From Marsupella aquatica (lineage: Eukaryota; Plantae; Marchantiophyta): a DNA stretch of 64,000 bases. The position numbers were made by a program, and so were the translations under genes. Shown here one piece after another: positions 11,225-23,045 of this stretch. The notes under the pieces were generated by a model. That model did no database searches, was not told where the DNA came from, and saw nothing but the letters and a program-made list of their open reading frames with translations. The stretch is from the NCBI GenBank assembly GCA_973895155.1, contig OZ316899.1:15403974-15467973 (forward strand), given 5' to 3'. Position 1 is the first letter of the stretch, and every line of letters begins with the position of its first letter.

Positions 11225-14200
11225 TGTCACGCCATCGGCCTAGCCCTTAGGCCGATCTACGTCTAAGACTGATACTTCCCTTGCCAGTATTCGGGTTGGG
11301 GCACGGACGGACGTGCGGAGTGCGTATAATTCTCCCAAACTAGCGCTAAGTGCGCATATATTTACTTACAAGCACGCTTAGGTATGCTTTGTGTTCCGCC
11401 GCCGAAACGTACCTTAGTCGACATGGAGTCGACCCCGACTTACGGACTTCTAAGCCTTCGTGTTACCGCCTTTGATGCGGATCCATTAGTACAAGTGCTC
11501 AACCCTGGCTCGCAACCCCGTTCCTATAACCTGCACCCCGTGCACGCTTGGCATAACGTGTTCGGCCCGACATTGATACTTGCACACGAGACTCATACAT
11601 GCATTCATACATAACAAAAATCTTGATTTACATGAAGGAATTGAGGGGAAAGGATTTCATTCATATATGATCCTACACTTACGATTGGGTGACCCGACAC
11701 CTCGTGAATGAACGGGCCCAAGGCCGAGGAGTATACACTACAACGGAGCCCGGCTCCGCACTCGCCCGACGAGCTTAGTCGTATACCGTCCCCTTGGCAC
11801 TCGGGCACTTCACCGAGTTTGGGACTCCCCGCGCGTATCGCGAATGGCTAACATCTGAATCTAAAATCCCCCCCTTGCCTCTATCGGGGGGTTGCTAAAT
11901 ACTAAGGGCTGAGGACCAGCCTGGCCTCGCGCCCGAATCTACACTAACTTATATTCTTGCTAAACTGGTTACGGCTTGTCCTTTTAGTCTAACCTATTCT
12001 ACATAGGTTGGCTAATGTGTCAGTGCCGCTATCTTCTGGCCGGCACTTGTCCTAATAGCCTGTTTTAGCTACTCCTAGTTCTATTCTGAGCCTAACCCTC
12101 CGCTAATGCCTGGTGTGCTTGCCAGAGCCGTCCGAGTGGGAGCGACCATCCCGCTGCCTACGGAGTCTGTCGTTGTCCATCTTGAGGAGCTGGACTTGGT
12201 CTAGCAGAGATTTGTTCTCTCGCTTTGCCATGTCCGTCTCCTCAGCTGCCTCCTGGCATGCCTCTACCAGTTGTTGGGCGTCGCTCGTCAGCTTGTCCAC
12301 CATCTGGTTTTGCTTCTCGGCTTTGGTTTGAAGTCGCGCTACTTCGGCTTGTAGGGTGGCAATCTTTGCAGTGTCACGCTGGGCCCGCTCTTCGGCCTCC
12401 TCCAGATCTTTCTGCCAGATGACAATTTGATTCTTCAAACTATCAATCTGGGTCCGGAGCCGTGCAATCTCGGCCTCCTTCCCAGCTTTGGCCTGTTCGG
12501 CTAAGGCGGTAAGGGTGTGCGCATTTGCTAACAACTCATTGGCGGCTGCAACCTTGGGTCGTAGTTGCAAAAGCTCAGCCTCTTGAGTCTCAATTTTGCC
12601 CTTTAGGTACACATACTCAACCCGGTACCGCTCTATCCTCTGAAGGGCCTCCGACTGGGCCCAACCTGCCTTTATTGCTGTAACCAACTCCTGATTGAAG
12701 AAGTAGGCTACCTTCCGGGTCATGAACTCCCCGGTATCCCGGGAAATCTATTGGGAGAAATCTAAAGCCCGTTCAGAAATGTACCCGGTACGAAGAGTTC
12801 CGGGTGGTCCAGGTTGTGCCCGTCCGGAGTTGGGCACGGGCGGACGTCAACTCATGCGGGAGCCGGGGTAGTGACATCTAGCCCTGGGGATGTAGTGTTG
12901 GAAGGGGCTGGAGTGTCCTCCTCCATCACCGTGCTGTCCTCTGGAATAGCCACCGGTGGGTCTTTTGGATCCACGGGCTCGGTCAAGTCCTCCACCGCCC
13001 CAACTTCTGCACTCGGCCCGGCCTGGTTGATCGCGTCTAAGGTTGCAATCACTACCTCGTCCGGTACCTCTTTGGCCACGGCTACGGCTACTTGTGGAGG
13101 TGGGGTGGTTGAGGCATGCGTGGCCGCTAGACTTTGGGCCTCGGGTTGAGGCCGTCTCTCCAAGGCCAGGAAGACCCACTTAGTTACGTTGGCCCGGGGA
13201 AGGGTTCGTCGATCGAATTGGGCATACCACTCAAGAATGATCTCAATGTGGCTTGCGAAATACGCCTTCCCGCCGATGTACAACGCCTTCCTTCGCCGTT
13301 CCATCTCTTCATGGAACTTCTTAGCCAAGTACAACGCCCACTTCCTAGGTCGATAGTTCTTGACCTGAATAACCTGGGCAGCGAAGATCTCGCCCCGGGG
13401 TTCCATCATGTCGAGGGCATACCTCTGGAACTCCAGCCGCTTGGCTATCTCCGGGATGGGGCAGGTCCTCATCACGAACCCGTTGTCTACTGACCCCTTG
13501 GAGGGAAAACTCGAGGATTGGTACTTGGCTCCTTTGCCCCCGGGAGCCCGTGATTCGACTCGTTGATCTCCCTCGGGTAGCCCAAAGATCATCTTGAGCC
13601 GCTCCTCTGTGAGGGACATATTCCTCCCCCGTAGCTGAGTCTGCTGACGGACGTCGTCATAATTCTTGACAAACTCCGTCATGTCCTCCCCGTAGTACCT
13701 GCAGGTGTTCCAAGGGAGAGAGGCGAGGTGCTCGAACCCCTGAGTCTTCAAGTACACCGCATGTTTGGGGTGGAGGATGTTCTTATGCACGTTTCTCCCC
13801 ATGCGGTGCATTGTCACCTTGGCCACGGCTACCATGGCCATGGTTAACCCGGATACAACTGCCGGTTCCTTCCTCTTCTTTCCCCCAGACTGGCTCCCGT
13901 GATGGCTTCGAGAGGGTGACATCTCCCCATCCTCCCGATCGGGTATGGGTAGTGCCACCGCCGTTAGTATTGGGGCAGGGGCGGCTATGGTCATCGTGTT
14001 GTCCACTAGAGCCGCTACTTGGGTCCGGGCCTGGGGAGGGGGCGATGTAGTGCCGGCTCCTTGGATTCTCGCTCCTCTAGGCCGCCTGAGCAGGGGTGGG
14101 GTATCCTCGTCATCATCGCTGAGGTCCACAACGTTGACGACGGATCGCACCTATACGGGCGGGGCGACCGGCGGTGGGGATCGGCTAGGCTGAGGCGGAG

Positions 14201-15191
14201 CCTGAGCCTGAGCCTGTGTTGGTGCAAGTACGGGCATGGGCTCGGCTAAGCCGACACCGATGGTTGATGGTCTGGTTCCCATGAAGTTCTGCAGGTGCCG
14301 GTAGAGGTTTTCCGAAGCAAGTGTAGACGGCCTTGTCGACCAGGTAGTGTTGAACTCACTGTTGATGATGGCCTAGACCCGAGCGGGGATGTGGTCAAAG
14401 TGGTGCCGTTGTAAGTTGATCGTGCCTGGGATATTGAAGACCTCATCCGGAAGCCGAAGCAATGCCTCCCAGAAGCCGATGTATTTGCCCCTGTCAAAGA
14501 AGTACCCTGATATTTCTTTGGGTCGGTAAAGCTCACTCTGGGATAGGTAATCAAAGTTAAGGAGATAGTGGTTGCGGCCTGCTAGGCGGATGGCTCTCTC
14601 GTACTTGCGTTTGATTTTGTATCGGCGCAGATTGGCGTGTTTTAATGAGTCGGCCAAATGCCCCCGATAGACAGGAACTACGTCTAGAATCGTATGGCCA
14701 AATTGGAAAGGATTGTGTGTGACATTCAGAGGAGATAGAAGGCAACTAAGGATGGGCGAGAGAACTGGGGTCAAAGCTGGCGCGTGGACTGAAGAACTGG
14801 TGCACTTCAAAGGATCGGCCTCCTTTTTATACCTTGAAATCTCGTCGGTCACCTGACGCCTCCTCGTCGCTTATAGGCCGAGCCTTTCATGCTTGCAATG
14901 TACCGGCCACTCCGTCAGTCCGGGTCAGCGCGTGTCAGTGGCCGTCTCCCGGAGTTTGTTATACGGACCCAAGGGAGGGGGGCCCATTACACGCTTGCAA
15001 CCGGGCGTGCAAATGACGACCCGCCGCCAGCCCAAACACGAATGCCCCTTATTGACTAATGATTTCCTACTCATAATGGCTGCCTAAATACTGTCGTTGC
15101 GCTAATAATTACGGCCTAAGATACCCCTAACGCGCATGCTAAGTGTGGTTAGGCCGAATCACTCATTACCCACCGTACCGGCTGCGTCACA
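11225..15191 (-). mobile_element. 3' LTR of family A (copy A2, about 3.97 kb)
   Basis: Minus strand: integrase end and purine tract AAGCAAGGAGCTA, then TGTGACGC...GGCGTGACA. Full-length and colinear with the other A LTRs. Confidence 0.9.
12103..14725 (-). pseudogene. LTR-encoded accessory ORF (copy A2)
   Basis: Fragments 14373-14852, 12852-14150 (432 aa) and 12103-12723 (coiled coil). ATG TCA CAC ACA ATC at 14725. Confidence 0.85.
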
Positions 15192-16054
15192 TAGCTCCTT
15201 GCTTAATTGTGAAGCATCCTCGCAAACATCACTATCGGCGTCGTCGTCTTGATGGTGGTACTTCTTCACACAATCGTAACTAACTTGCGTGGGGAGTAAA
15301 TCGCCGGCGTACGTTGCGAGTTCCAAAGATCCGTTAGGGTAGATCTGATTGACTAGGAAAGGCCCTAACCAACGGGTATGAAGCTTCCCCGGAAATTGCA
15401 TGTACCTGCTATCGTACAGCAGGACTAGATCACCCGTCATGATGTCAATCTTCCGTAGTCCTTTGTCGTGCTGCTTCTTGGAAGCTGCCTGCTGCTTTAC
15501 GGTGTGTCGAGCTGCCAGTAGCCGTGCCTCTTCTAAGGCTTCAATCTGATAAGCTTGGTCTGACAAACTTTCAGGTTTGGGTAAGCGGTCCCGAATGCTG
15601 ACCTGTGGAGTGTGTACTTCGAACTCAACGGGCACCAATGAATGTTGGCCGAACACAAGAAAGTATGGGCTATGACTCGTAGTAGTCTTGTAAGCTAGAT
15701 TATACGAGTCAAAAGGAACATAATGGTTGGTCCATACCACGTTGGCGCTCCCATCCCTACGTGGAACAATTCCTCATCGGGGAAGGTGTCATTGATAGAT
15801 TGCTCGACTGGTACTCCATCCAATCTTGAAAAGAAATCAGTGTTGATGTGCGCCTTCCCGGGTCGAACCCGTACTTCATAATTAAACTCAGGCAGTAGTA
15901 ACACCCACCGGGCTATCCGTCCTGTGACATCTGCTTTGTTGACCATGTACTTCAGGCTATCATGATCCGTGTGGAATATGACTTTGTAGGCGAGCAGATA
16001 GTGTCGGAACTTCTTACATGAGTAGATAATATCCAAAGCTTCCCTCCCGTACAA
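15159..16054 (-). pseudogene. pol: Family A pol fragment (RNase H end plus integrase C-terminus), with a deletion of about 0.76 kb removing the integrase core
   Basis: Matches 31080-31425 joined directly to 32186 onward. KLHTRWLGPF (GPY/F motif). Confidence 0.9.
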
Positions 16055-18904
16055 ACTCGCACTTGCTCTCTAAGACGACCGCTACTCAACGGTCCTCCCT
16101 ATCTGCACGAGCAATTAAACACCTCGGTAAGTAACCCTTTAGGATCTAGAACTCGCCAAGTCTGGCATCCTAACTCAAGCTCAACAAACATTGGTAAATA
16201 GATCAGCGATAGGTCCTCCCGATGCCATAAGCCGGAACCAGAATCCACGCCCACTGTTCGTCCAGAACCGCTCCTTCCTTGGGCGCGGCCCGGGTTCCCC
16301 CTCGTACCTATCCATCACCAACTGACCACCCTGACCTCAGGACATGCTCATGGCCCAAGTAGCGTAGCTTGTCCTAAAGCTTGTCCCAAGCTTGTCCCAA
16401 CACGTTGGGACCAGAATGACCCTGACTCTAGCAACCGCTCCCAGTTCGCCCCACTGGTGGTCTAGGGGCCGAACACCCTTGGAAATCAGCCTCCGCACCT
16501 ACTTGGCCTTGCCTCCCAAACGCAAGCTCCCTTGGGAGACTGAACGCGGCTTGGCTGCTGTTCGGCAGGATTTGGCAAGCGGGCGAGCTAACACCCGCAA
16601 ACCACGAGAACCCATGGCACCCCCAGACCCAGCTGAGCTCAACAGGGCGTAGCCCTCCTCAAGACCTTTCCAATGCACCCAAGAAGTCCTCCAACGGGCT
16701 TCCCGTTGGGAAGTTATCGCCATTTCCGTTTGGCGGTTTCCCTTAGTGTCGCGATCACCGCGGTTCACGACTTTGGCTCGCCCTTAGCCCCCAGGGAGAC
16801 ACCACTCCCCTCATATATGCTTTTGGAGACCTGCCACCCCCAGACCAGCTTTGGTCCCTAAACATTTGGCCCCCACCCTGGATCCCATCGCGCATAATGG
16901 GCGCGCCACCAACTGGCAACGCCCATAACTTTCTTGATAGGCATCCGCAAGCGGAGTGCCTTAGCCCGTTGTGACCGGGCCGACCCAGTGCTCATGCGTA
17001 GGCCCTCAGGTCTGATCGCCGCTTGGGGCCCCCGACCGGCCCAACTCGGATCGGGCCACAACTTGCGCCCCAAGCGTCCGTTGCAGTGGTGGACCTAGCC
17101 ACTCAGTGCCCTCACCAATCCCAGCACTCACGCCTAAGTGCCCTTGGTGCCCGAACGCCTCCACGGAATACCTCGAGCAAGTAACCTAGTGCCCCTTGCA
17201 CCGCCAACGGCCCCTCCCATACAAAGCCGCACTTGCTCTCTAACACGACCGCTACTCAACGGTCCTCCCTATCTGCACAAGCAACCAAGCACCTCGATAA
17301 GTAACCCTTCAGGATCTAGAACTCGCCAAGTCTAGCATCCTAACTCAATCTCAACAGACGTTGGTAAATAGGTCAGCGATAGGTCCTCCCGATGCCATAA
17401 GCCGGAACCAGAACCCACGCCGACTGTTCGTCCATAACAACTCCTTCCTTGGGCATGGCCCGGGTTCCCCCTTGTACATATCCATCACCAACTGACCGCC
17501 CTGACCTTAGGACATGCTCATGGCCCAAGTAGCGTAGCTTGTCCCAAAGCTTGTCCCAAGCTTGTCCCAACACGTCGGGACCAGAACGACCCCGACTCTA
17601 GCAACCGCTCCCGGTTTGCCCCACTAGTGGTCTAGGGGCCCATCACCCTTGGAACTCAGCCTCCGCACCTACTTGGCCTTGCCTCCCAAATGCAAGCTCC
17701 CTTGCGAGACTGAACGCGGCTTGGCTGTTGTTCGGCAGGATTTGGCAAGCGAGCGAGCTAACACCCGCAAACCACGATAACCCATGGCACCCCCAGACCC
17801 AGCTGAGCTCAAGAGGGCATAGCCCTCCTCAAGAGCTTTCCAACGCACCTAAGAAGTCTTCCAATGGACTTCCCGTTGGGAAGATATCGCCATTTCTGTT
17901 TGGCGGTTTCCCTTAGTGTCGCGACCGCCGCGGCTCACGACTTCGGCTCACCCTTAGCCCCCAGGGAGACACCACTCCCCTCATATATGCTTCTGGAGAC
18001 CTGCCACCCCCGGACCAGCTTTGGTCCCTAAACATTTGGCCCTCAACCCGGATCCCATCGCGCATAATGGGCGCGCAACCAACTGGCAACGCCCATAACT
18101 TTCTTGATAGGCATCCCCAAGCGGAGTGCCTTAGCCCATTGTGACCGGGCTGACCCAGTACTCATGCCTAGGCCTTCAGGTCTGATCGCCGCTTGGGGCC
18201 CCCGATCGGCCCAACCCGGATCGGGCCACAACTTGCGCCCCAAGCGTCCGCTGCCAATGGCGTCAACTCCATTGGCCTTGGGCCCAAGAGGAGCTCACTC
18301 CCAAGCCCTCAGAACTCAAAGTCCATCCGAAGGTCCGGACAGCCATCCTTGAGCCCGGCCCATTTCTCTTGACCCGACCAGCCATAGGCTAGTCCAAGTC
18401 CTTAGTGTGTGCCCCCAGCTTGGCTCCTTGCCTCGCTAGTGCCACGTCTCATTTCCCACAAGTCTCCCCATGCTAAGTCCTCCCCGGATGGCCTATCCGG
18501 GCCTGGACCATAAGGGAGCTTGGCGTCGGAGTTAGCGACGTCGGAGCTAAGTATTAAGGTAGTCGAGTTCCGCGACTGTTGCCAATGGCGTCAACTCCAT
18601 TGGCCTTGGGCCCAAGAGGATCTCACTCCCAAACCCTCAGAACTCAAAGTCCATCCGGAGGTCCGGACGGCCATCCTTGAGCCCGGCCCATTTCCCCTTG
18701 ACCCGATCAGCCATGGGCTAGTCCAAGTCCTTAGTGTGTGCCCCCAGCTTGGCTCCTTGCCTCGCTAGTGCCACGTCTCATTGCCCACAGTCTCCCCATG
18801 CTAAGTCCTCCCGAATGGCCTATCCGGGCCTGGACCATAAGGGAGCTTGGCGTCGGAGTTAGCGACGCCAGAGCTAAGTGTTAAGGTAGTCAAGTTCCGC
18901 AACT
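16055..18904 (-). mobile_element. 3' LTR of a minus-strand family C element, truncated at 16055 and interrupted by a solo LTR
   Basis: Minus strand AAGGGGGGATG-CA-AGTTGCGGAAC at 18904-18917 (PPT, then LTR start). Confidence 0.85.
17085..18577 (-). mobile_element. Family C solo LTR nested in a family C LTR
   Basis: Perfect 5-bp TSD GTTGC (17080-17084 and 18578-18582). Removing it restores the host LTR sequence seen at about 21825-21850. Confidence 0.95.
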
Positions 18905-19349
18905 TGCATCCCCCCTTAAAAATGGTCACGTCCGCGTGACCTCAGTAAACGTTCCAACACGCCTAGACCACTTTGGGCCTTAAAACTTTTATGAGGTAAC
19001 AAATGGTTTGCCCATAAGGCTGATGCAAACCAGGTTGGTATGCGCATTCCAGACTTAGGAAATTCCAACCTATCCCACTTATCCAAGTAGGATGTCAGTC
19101 TAAATGGGTAAGCTAACTCCAAACTCGTCGAACCCATTGTCCTCCCCTTGGGGCACTCCCCTTTGGTTCAAACTACCCTACCCACAGATGTAGGGTGGGC
19201 ACCATCAACTTCCACTCGCAAAAAGCAAATCGGCCGCCCAACAACCTCTAGCACCAATGCAATCCGACTTTATCCTTAAGAGGCCGAGAGGAGTGAAACT
19301 AAGACACAACTCACAAAGGTAGCTACAGCTGCCTAAACCAGTTCACAAC

Positions 19350-19810
19350 GGTGGTAGACCGCTTTGCTTACGATAGCTTCCAAGGATCTCTGAGGCATTA
19401 CCCAAATTTTCCTCCGGTTCCCAAGTACTCTTGCCCTAATCATAGCCAGCCCACTTCACCAAATACTCTAAGATTTGCCTTCCCAACTTGCGTTTGTAAC
19501 GGTGGTCCAGAATTGCCTACACCTCAAACTCCTCAGCGTCCTCCACCAGCATGGCGTCCGGATGCAAGACCTGATCCCGATTGGGATCATCGTCTTTGAC
19601 AAACTTCTTGAGCCGGCTAACATGGTAGCTTTTGCCCACGTCCATTTCCTTGGGTGTCTCCAACACCACCAAAACCGGATTATCCTTGTGGGCCCATCGT
19701 ATGATGCGATAGGGCCCCGCATATCTGGGAGCCAGCTTCCTACTTATGTTCCCGTGGTATTGCCCAGGTCTCAATTGCAACCCAACGCTCTTCCCAATTT
19801 CAAAGCTTAC
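19350..19810 (-). pseudogene. Family C integrase C-terminus: GPY/F motif plus chromodomain
   Basis: RKLAPRYAGPYRII...HVSRLKKF...EEFEV*AILDHRYKRKLGRQILEYLVKWAGYD*GKSTWEPEENLGNASEIL, translated through two stops. Confidence 0.9.
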
Positions 19811-20678
19811 CTGGCGTTGTCATGAGGTTTTCTTCCTAAGGGAGAAATCCTCATGTTTAGATTGTGCAAAAGAAGAGAAAGAAAAAGATTAAAAACATGC
19901 AACCTTTGCATAATTTTGGATGGACAAGTAAATAAAGGTGATACAAGTGTAATGTAGAACCAATAAGGAGGTAGTTGGTAGGTCCTACATGGTTGGATTC
20001 CATGTTTCTTCCTTTTTTTACTAAAGTTAAGTTTGACCAAAATGGGCTAATAATAGAAAAGTTTTTGCATTTCTTACTATTTTTAGTAACAAAAAATTGG
20101 AGTAAATTGGCAAGATTAGTTTGGCCAATGGGATCATCAACGGGGATTTAAGATCCAAAGGCAAAGAAGATAGAGCCACTCCATATTTTTGCTTACTAGC
20201 TTAGTAATGGGTATTTATTTATCCACTAATTTTGTACAAAGCTTATTCTTAGAACTTTTGGATAAAATAGGATTATTTAGAGTAATTTAACCACGGTTAA
20301 GTACTTAGCTAGGGAGGTGGCAAGCTTGGGTTTGAAGTTCAAAGGAGAGGATCAAAGATGACTTGTTGGCTACCTCCTATTCACTTAGATCTACTCAAGT
20401 TAAAATGCTAGTTAAACCGATAAGGTGGCAGTTTTGGGTTTGCAAGCAAATGAAGGGGAGACAATTGTTAGGTGGCATGTGCAAGAGATAGGGCTCGAGC
20501 TTTGGAGTGCAAGACAAGCTTGGGTAGGTGAAGAGGAGGGTTGTGGCGTGGCACTAATGGCCACCCCTTCTTACTAAAGTTAAAAGAGTTGTTAAACCGA
20601 TAAGGTGGTAGTTTCCGATTTGCAAGCAAATGAAGGGGAGACAAGTGTTGGTGTTGGCATGGCTAAGGGTGAAGCGTG

Positions 20679-22161
20679 AGTGGTGGATCTCGCCACCCAG
20701 CGCCCTCACCAATCCTAGCACTTGCGTCTAAGTGCCCCTGGTGCCCGAATGCCTCCACGGAGTACCTCGAGCAAGCATCCAAGTGCCTCTAGCACCCCCT
20801 GCGGCCACTCCCATACGAAGCCGCACTTGCTCCCTACACGACCGCTACTCAACGGTCCTCACTGTCTACACAAACAACCAAACATCTCGGTAAGTAACCC
20901 CTCCGGATCTAGAACTCGCCCAGTCTAGCATCCTAACTCAAGCTCAACAGACGTTGGTAAATAGGTCAGCGATAGGTCCTCCCGATGCCATAAGCCGGAA
21001 CCAGAACCCACGCCCACTGTCCGTCCAGGACAGCTCCTTCCTTGGCTGCGGCCCGGGTTCCCCCTCGTACCTATCCATCATCAACTGACCGCCCTGACCT
21101 CAGGACATGCTCATGGCCCAAGTAGCATAGCTTGTCCTAAAGCTTGTCCCAACACGCCGGGACCAGAATGGCCTCGACTCTAACAACCGATCCTGGTTCG
21201 CCCCACCAATGCTCTAGGGACCGAGCGCCCTTGGGACTCTGCCTCCATACCTACTTGGCCTTGCCTCCCCAACGCAAGCTCCCTTGGGAGACTGAACGCG
21301 GCTTGGCTGCTGTTCGGCAGGATTTGGCAAGCGAGCGAGCTAACACCCGCAAACCACGAGAACCCATGGCACCCCCGGACCCATCTGAGCTCAGGAGGGC
21401 GTATCCCTCTTCAAGAGCTTTCCAACGCACCCAAGAAGTCCTCCAACGGACTTCCCATTAGAAAGATATCGTCATTTCCGTTTGGCGGTTTCCCTTAGTG
21501 TCGTGACCGCCGGGGCTCACGACTTCGGCTCGCCCTTAGCCCCTAGGGAGACACCACTCCCCTCATATATGCTTATGGAGACCTGCCACCCCCGGACCAG
21601 CTTTGGTCCCTAAACATTTGGCCCCCAACCCGGATCCCATCGCGCATAATGGGTGTGCCACCAACTGGCAACGCCCATAACTTTCTTGATAGGCATCCGC
21701 AAGCGGAGTGCCTTAGCCCGTTGTGACCGGGCCGACCCGGTGCTCATGCCTAGGTCTTCGGGTCTGATCGTCACTCAAGGCCCCCGACCGGCCCAACCCG
21801 GATCGGGCCGCAACTTGCGCCCCAAGCGTCCGTTGCCAATGGCGTCAACTCCATTGGCCTTGGGCCCAAGAGGAGCTCACTCCCAAGCCCTCAGAACTCA
21901 AAGCCCATTTGATGGTCCGGATGGCCATCCTTGAGCCTGGCCCCTTTTCCCCTTGACATGACCAGCCATAGGCTAGTCCAAGTCCTTAGTTTGTGTCTCC
22001 CGCTTGGCCCCTTGCCTAGTCAGTGCCACGTCTCATTTCCCATGAGTCTCCCCATGCTAAGTCCTCCCCAGGTGGCCTATCCGGGCCTGGAGCATAAGGG
22101 AGCTCGGCATCGAAGTCAGCGACGCCGGAGCTAAGTGTTAAGGTAGTCGAGTTCCGTGACT
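20679..22161 (-). mobile_element. Family C solo LTR inserted in a family C internal region
   Basis: AGT/ACT termini, flanked by GCGTG and GCATG (5-bp TSD with one CpG-type change). Confidence 0.9.
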
Positions 22162-22572
22162 GCATGCCGTTCCGGGTACTTAGTGGTGACATGAGCACGG
22201 AGACCATCAACCAGGTTTTCCCAAGTTAACCGCAAGGAGGAGTCCTCTCACAACTGCTTCCATGAATTGTACCAAGTCAAGGCATAGTACTTCAGGTAAG
22301 GAGCGGCTGCGGTAGCCCAAGTGGAACGCTCAACGCACGCTTGGAGATGAATCTCCATCGTGGAGAGCCAACTCAGGAACTTTTGTCCACTTTGTTTGTA
22401 GGCCCCGTTGTAAGTAAGAGGAGTCGGTAGTTGGTTCACTTGGAACATACTCCGTCCAACTACCATTCCCCCTTCGGGATGCGACGCACTCTGATTACCC
22501 AGACTAAGTAAGTACTTAATCTGGGCCCCCTTGTTGTGTTCCAACTGCTCGTAGATGAGTCGTTGGTCTTGA
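22162..22572 (-). pseudogene. gag: Family C gag fragment
   Basis: FLSWLSTMEIHLQACVERSTWATAAAPYLKYYALTWYNSW, retrotransposon-gag-like. Confidence 0.8.
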
Positions 22573-22939
22573 TGTGACGCCGCCGGTACGGTGGGTAATG
22601 AGTGATTCGGCCTAACGACGCTTAGCACGCATGTTAGGGGTATCTTACACCGTAATTATTAGCATAACAACAGTATTTAGGTAGCCATTATGAGTAGGAA
22701 ATCATTAGTCAATAAGGGGCGTTCGTGTTTGGGCTGGCGGCGGGTCGCCATTCGCACGCTCGGGTTGCGAGCGTGTAATGGGCCCTCACCTTTCCCTCTC
22801 GGGTCCGTATAACAAACTTTGGGAGGCAGCCAATGACACAAGCTGACCCGGACCGGCGGAGTGGCCGGTACACTGCAAGCGTGAAAGGCTCGGCCTATAA
22901 GTGTTGAGGAGGCGTCGGGCAATCGACAAGCTTTCAGGG

Positions 22940-22946
22940 TATAAAA
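22940..22946 (+). promoter_or_regulatory. TATA box upstream of the LTR-encoded ORF
   Basis: TATAAAA, conserved in all four A LTRs (4442-4448 minus, about 14825-14831 minus, 53752 plus), about 100 bp before the start codon and followed by a pyrimidine-rich leader. Confidence 0.65.
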
Positions 22947-23045
22947 AGGGGGCCGATCCTTTGCACTGCACCAGTTCTTCAGTCCACGCGCCAACTTTGA
23001 CCCCAGTTCTCTCGCTTATCCTTAGTCGCCTTCTATCTCCTCTGA

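Noticed and set aside
12103-12723. Host myosin/SMC-like coiled-coil gene or env gene
   Set aside because: It is the C-terminus of the LTR ORF present in all A copies. No transmembrane segment or signal peptide is evident, so an env call is unsupported.
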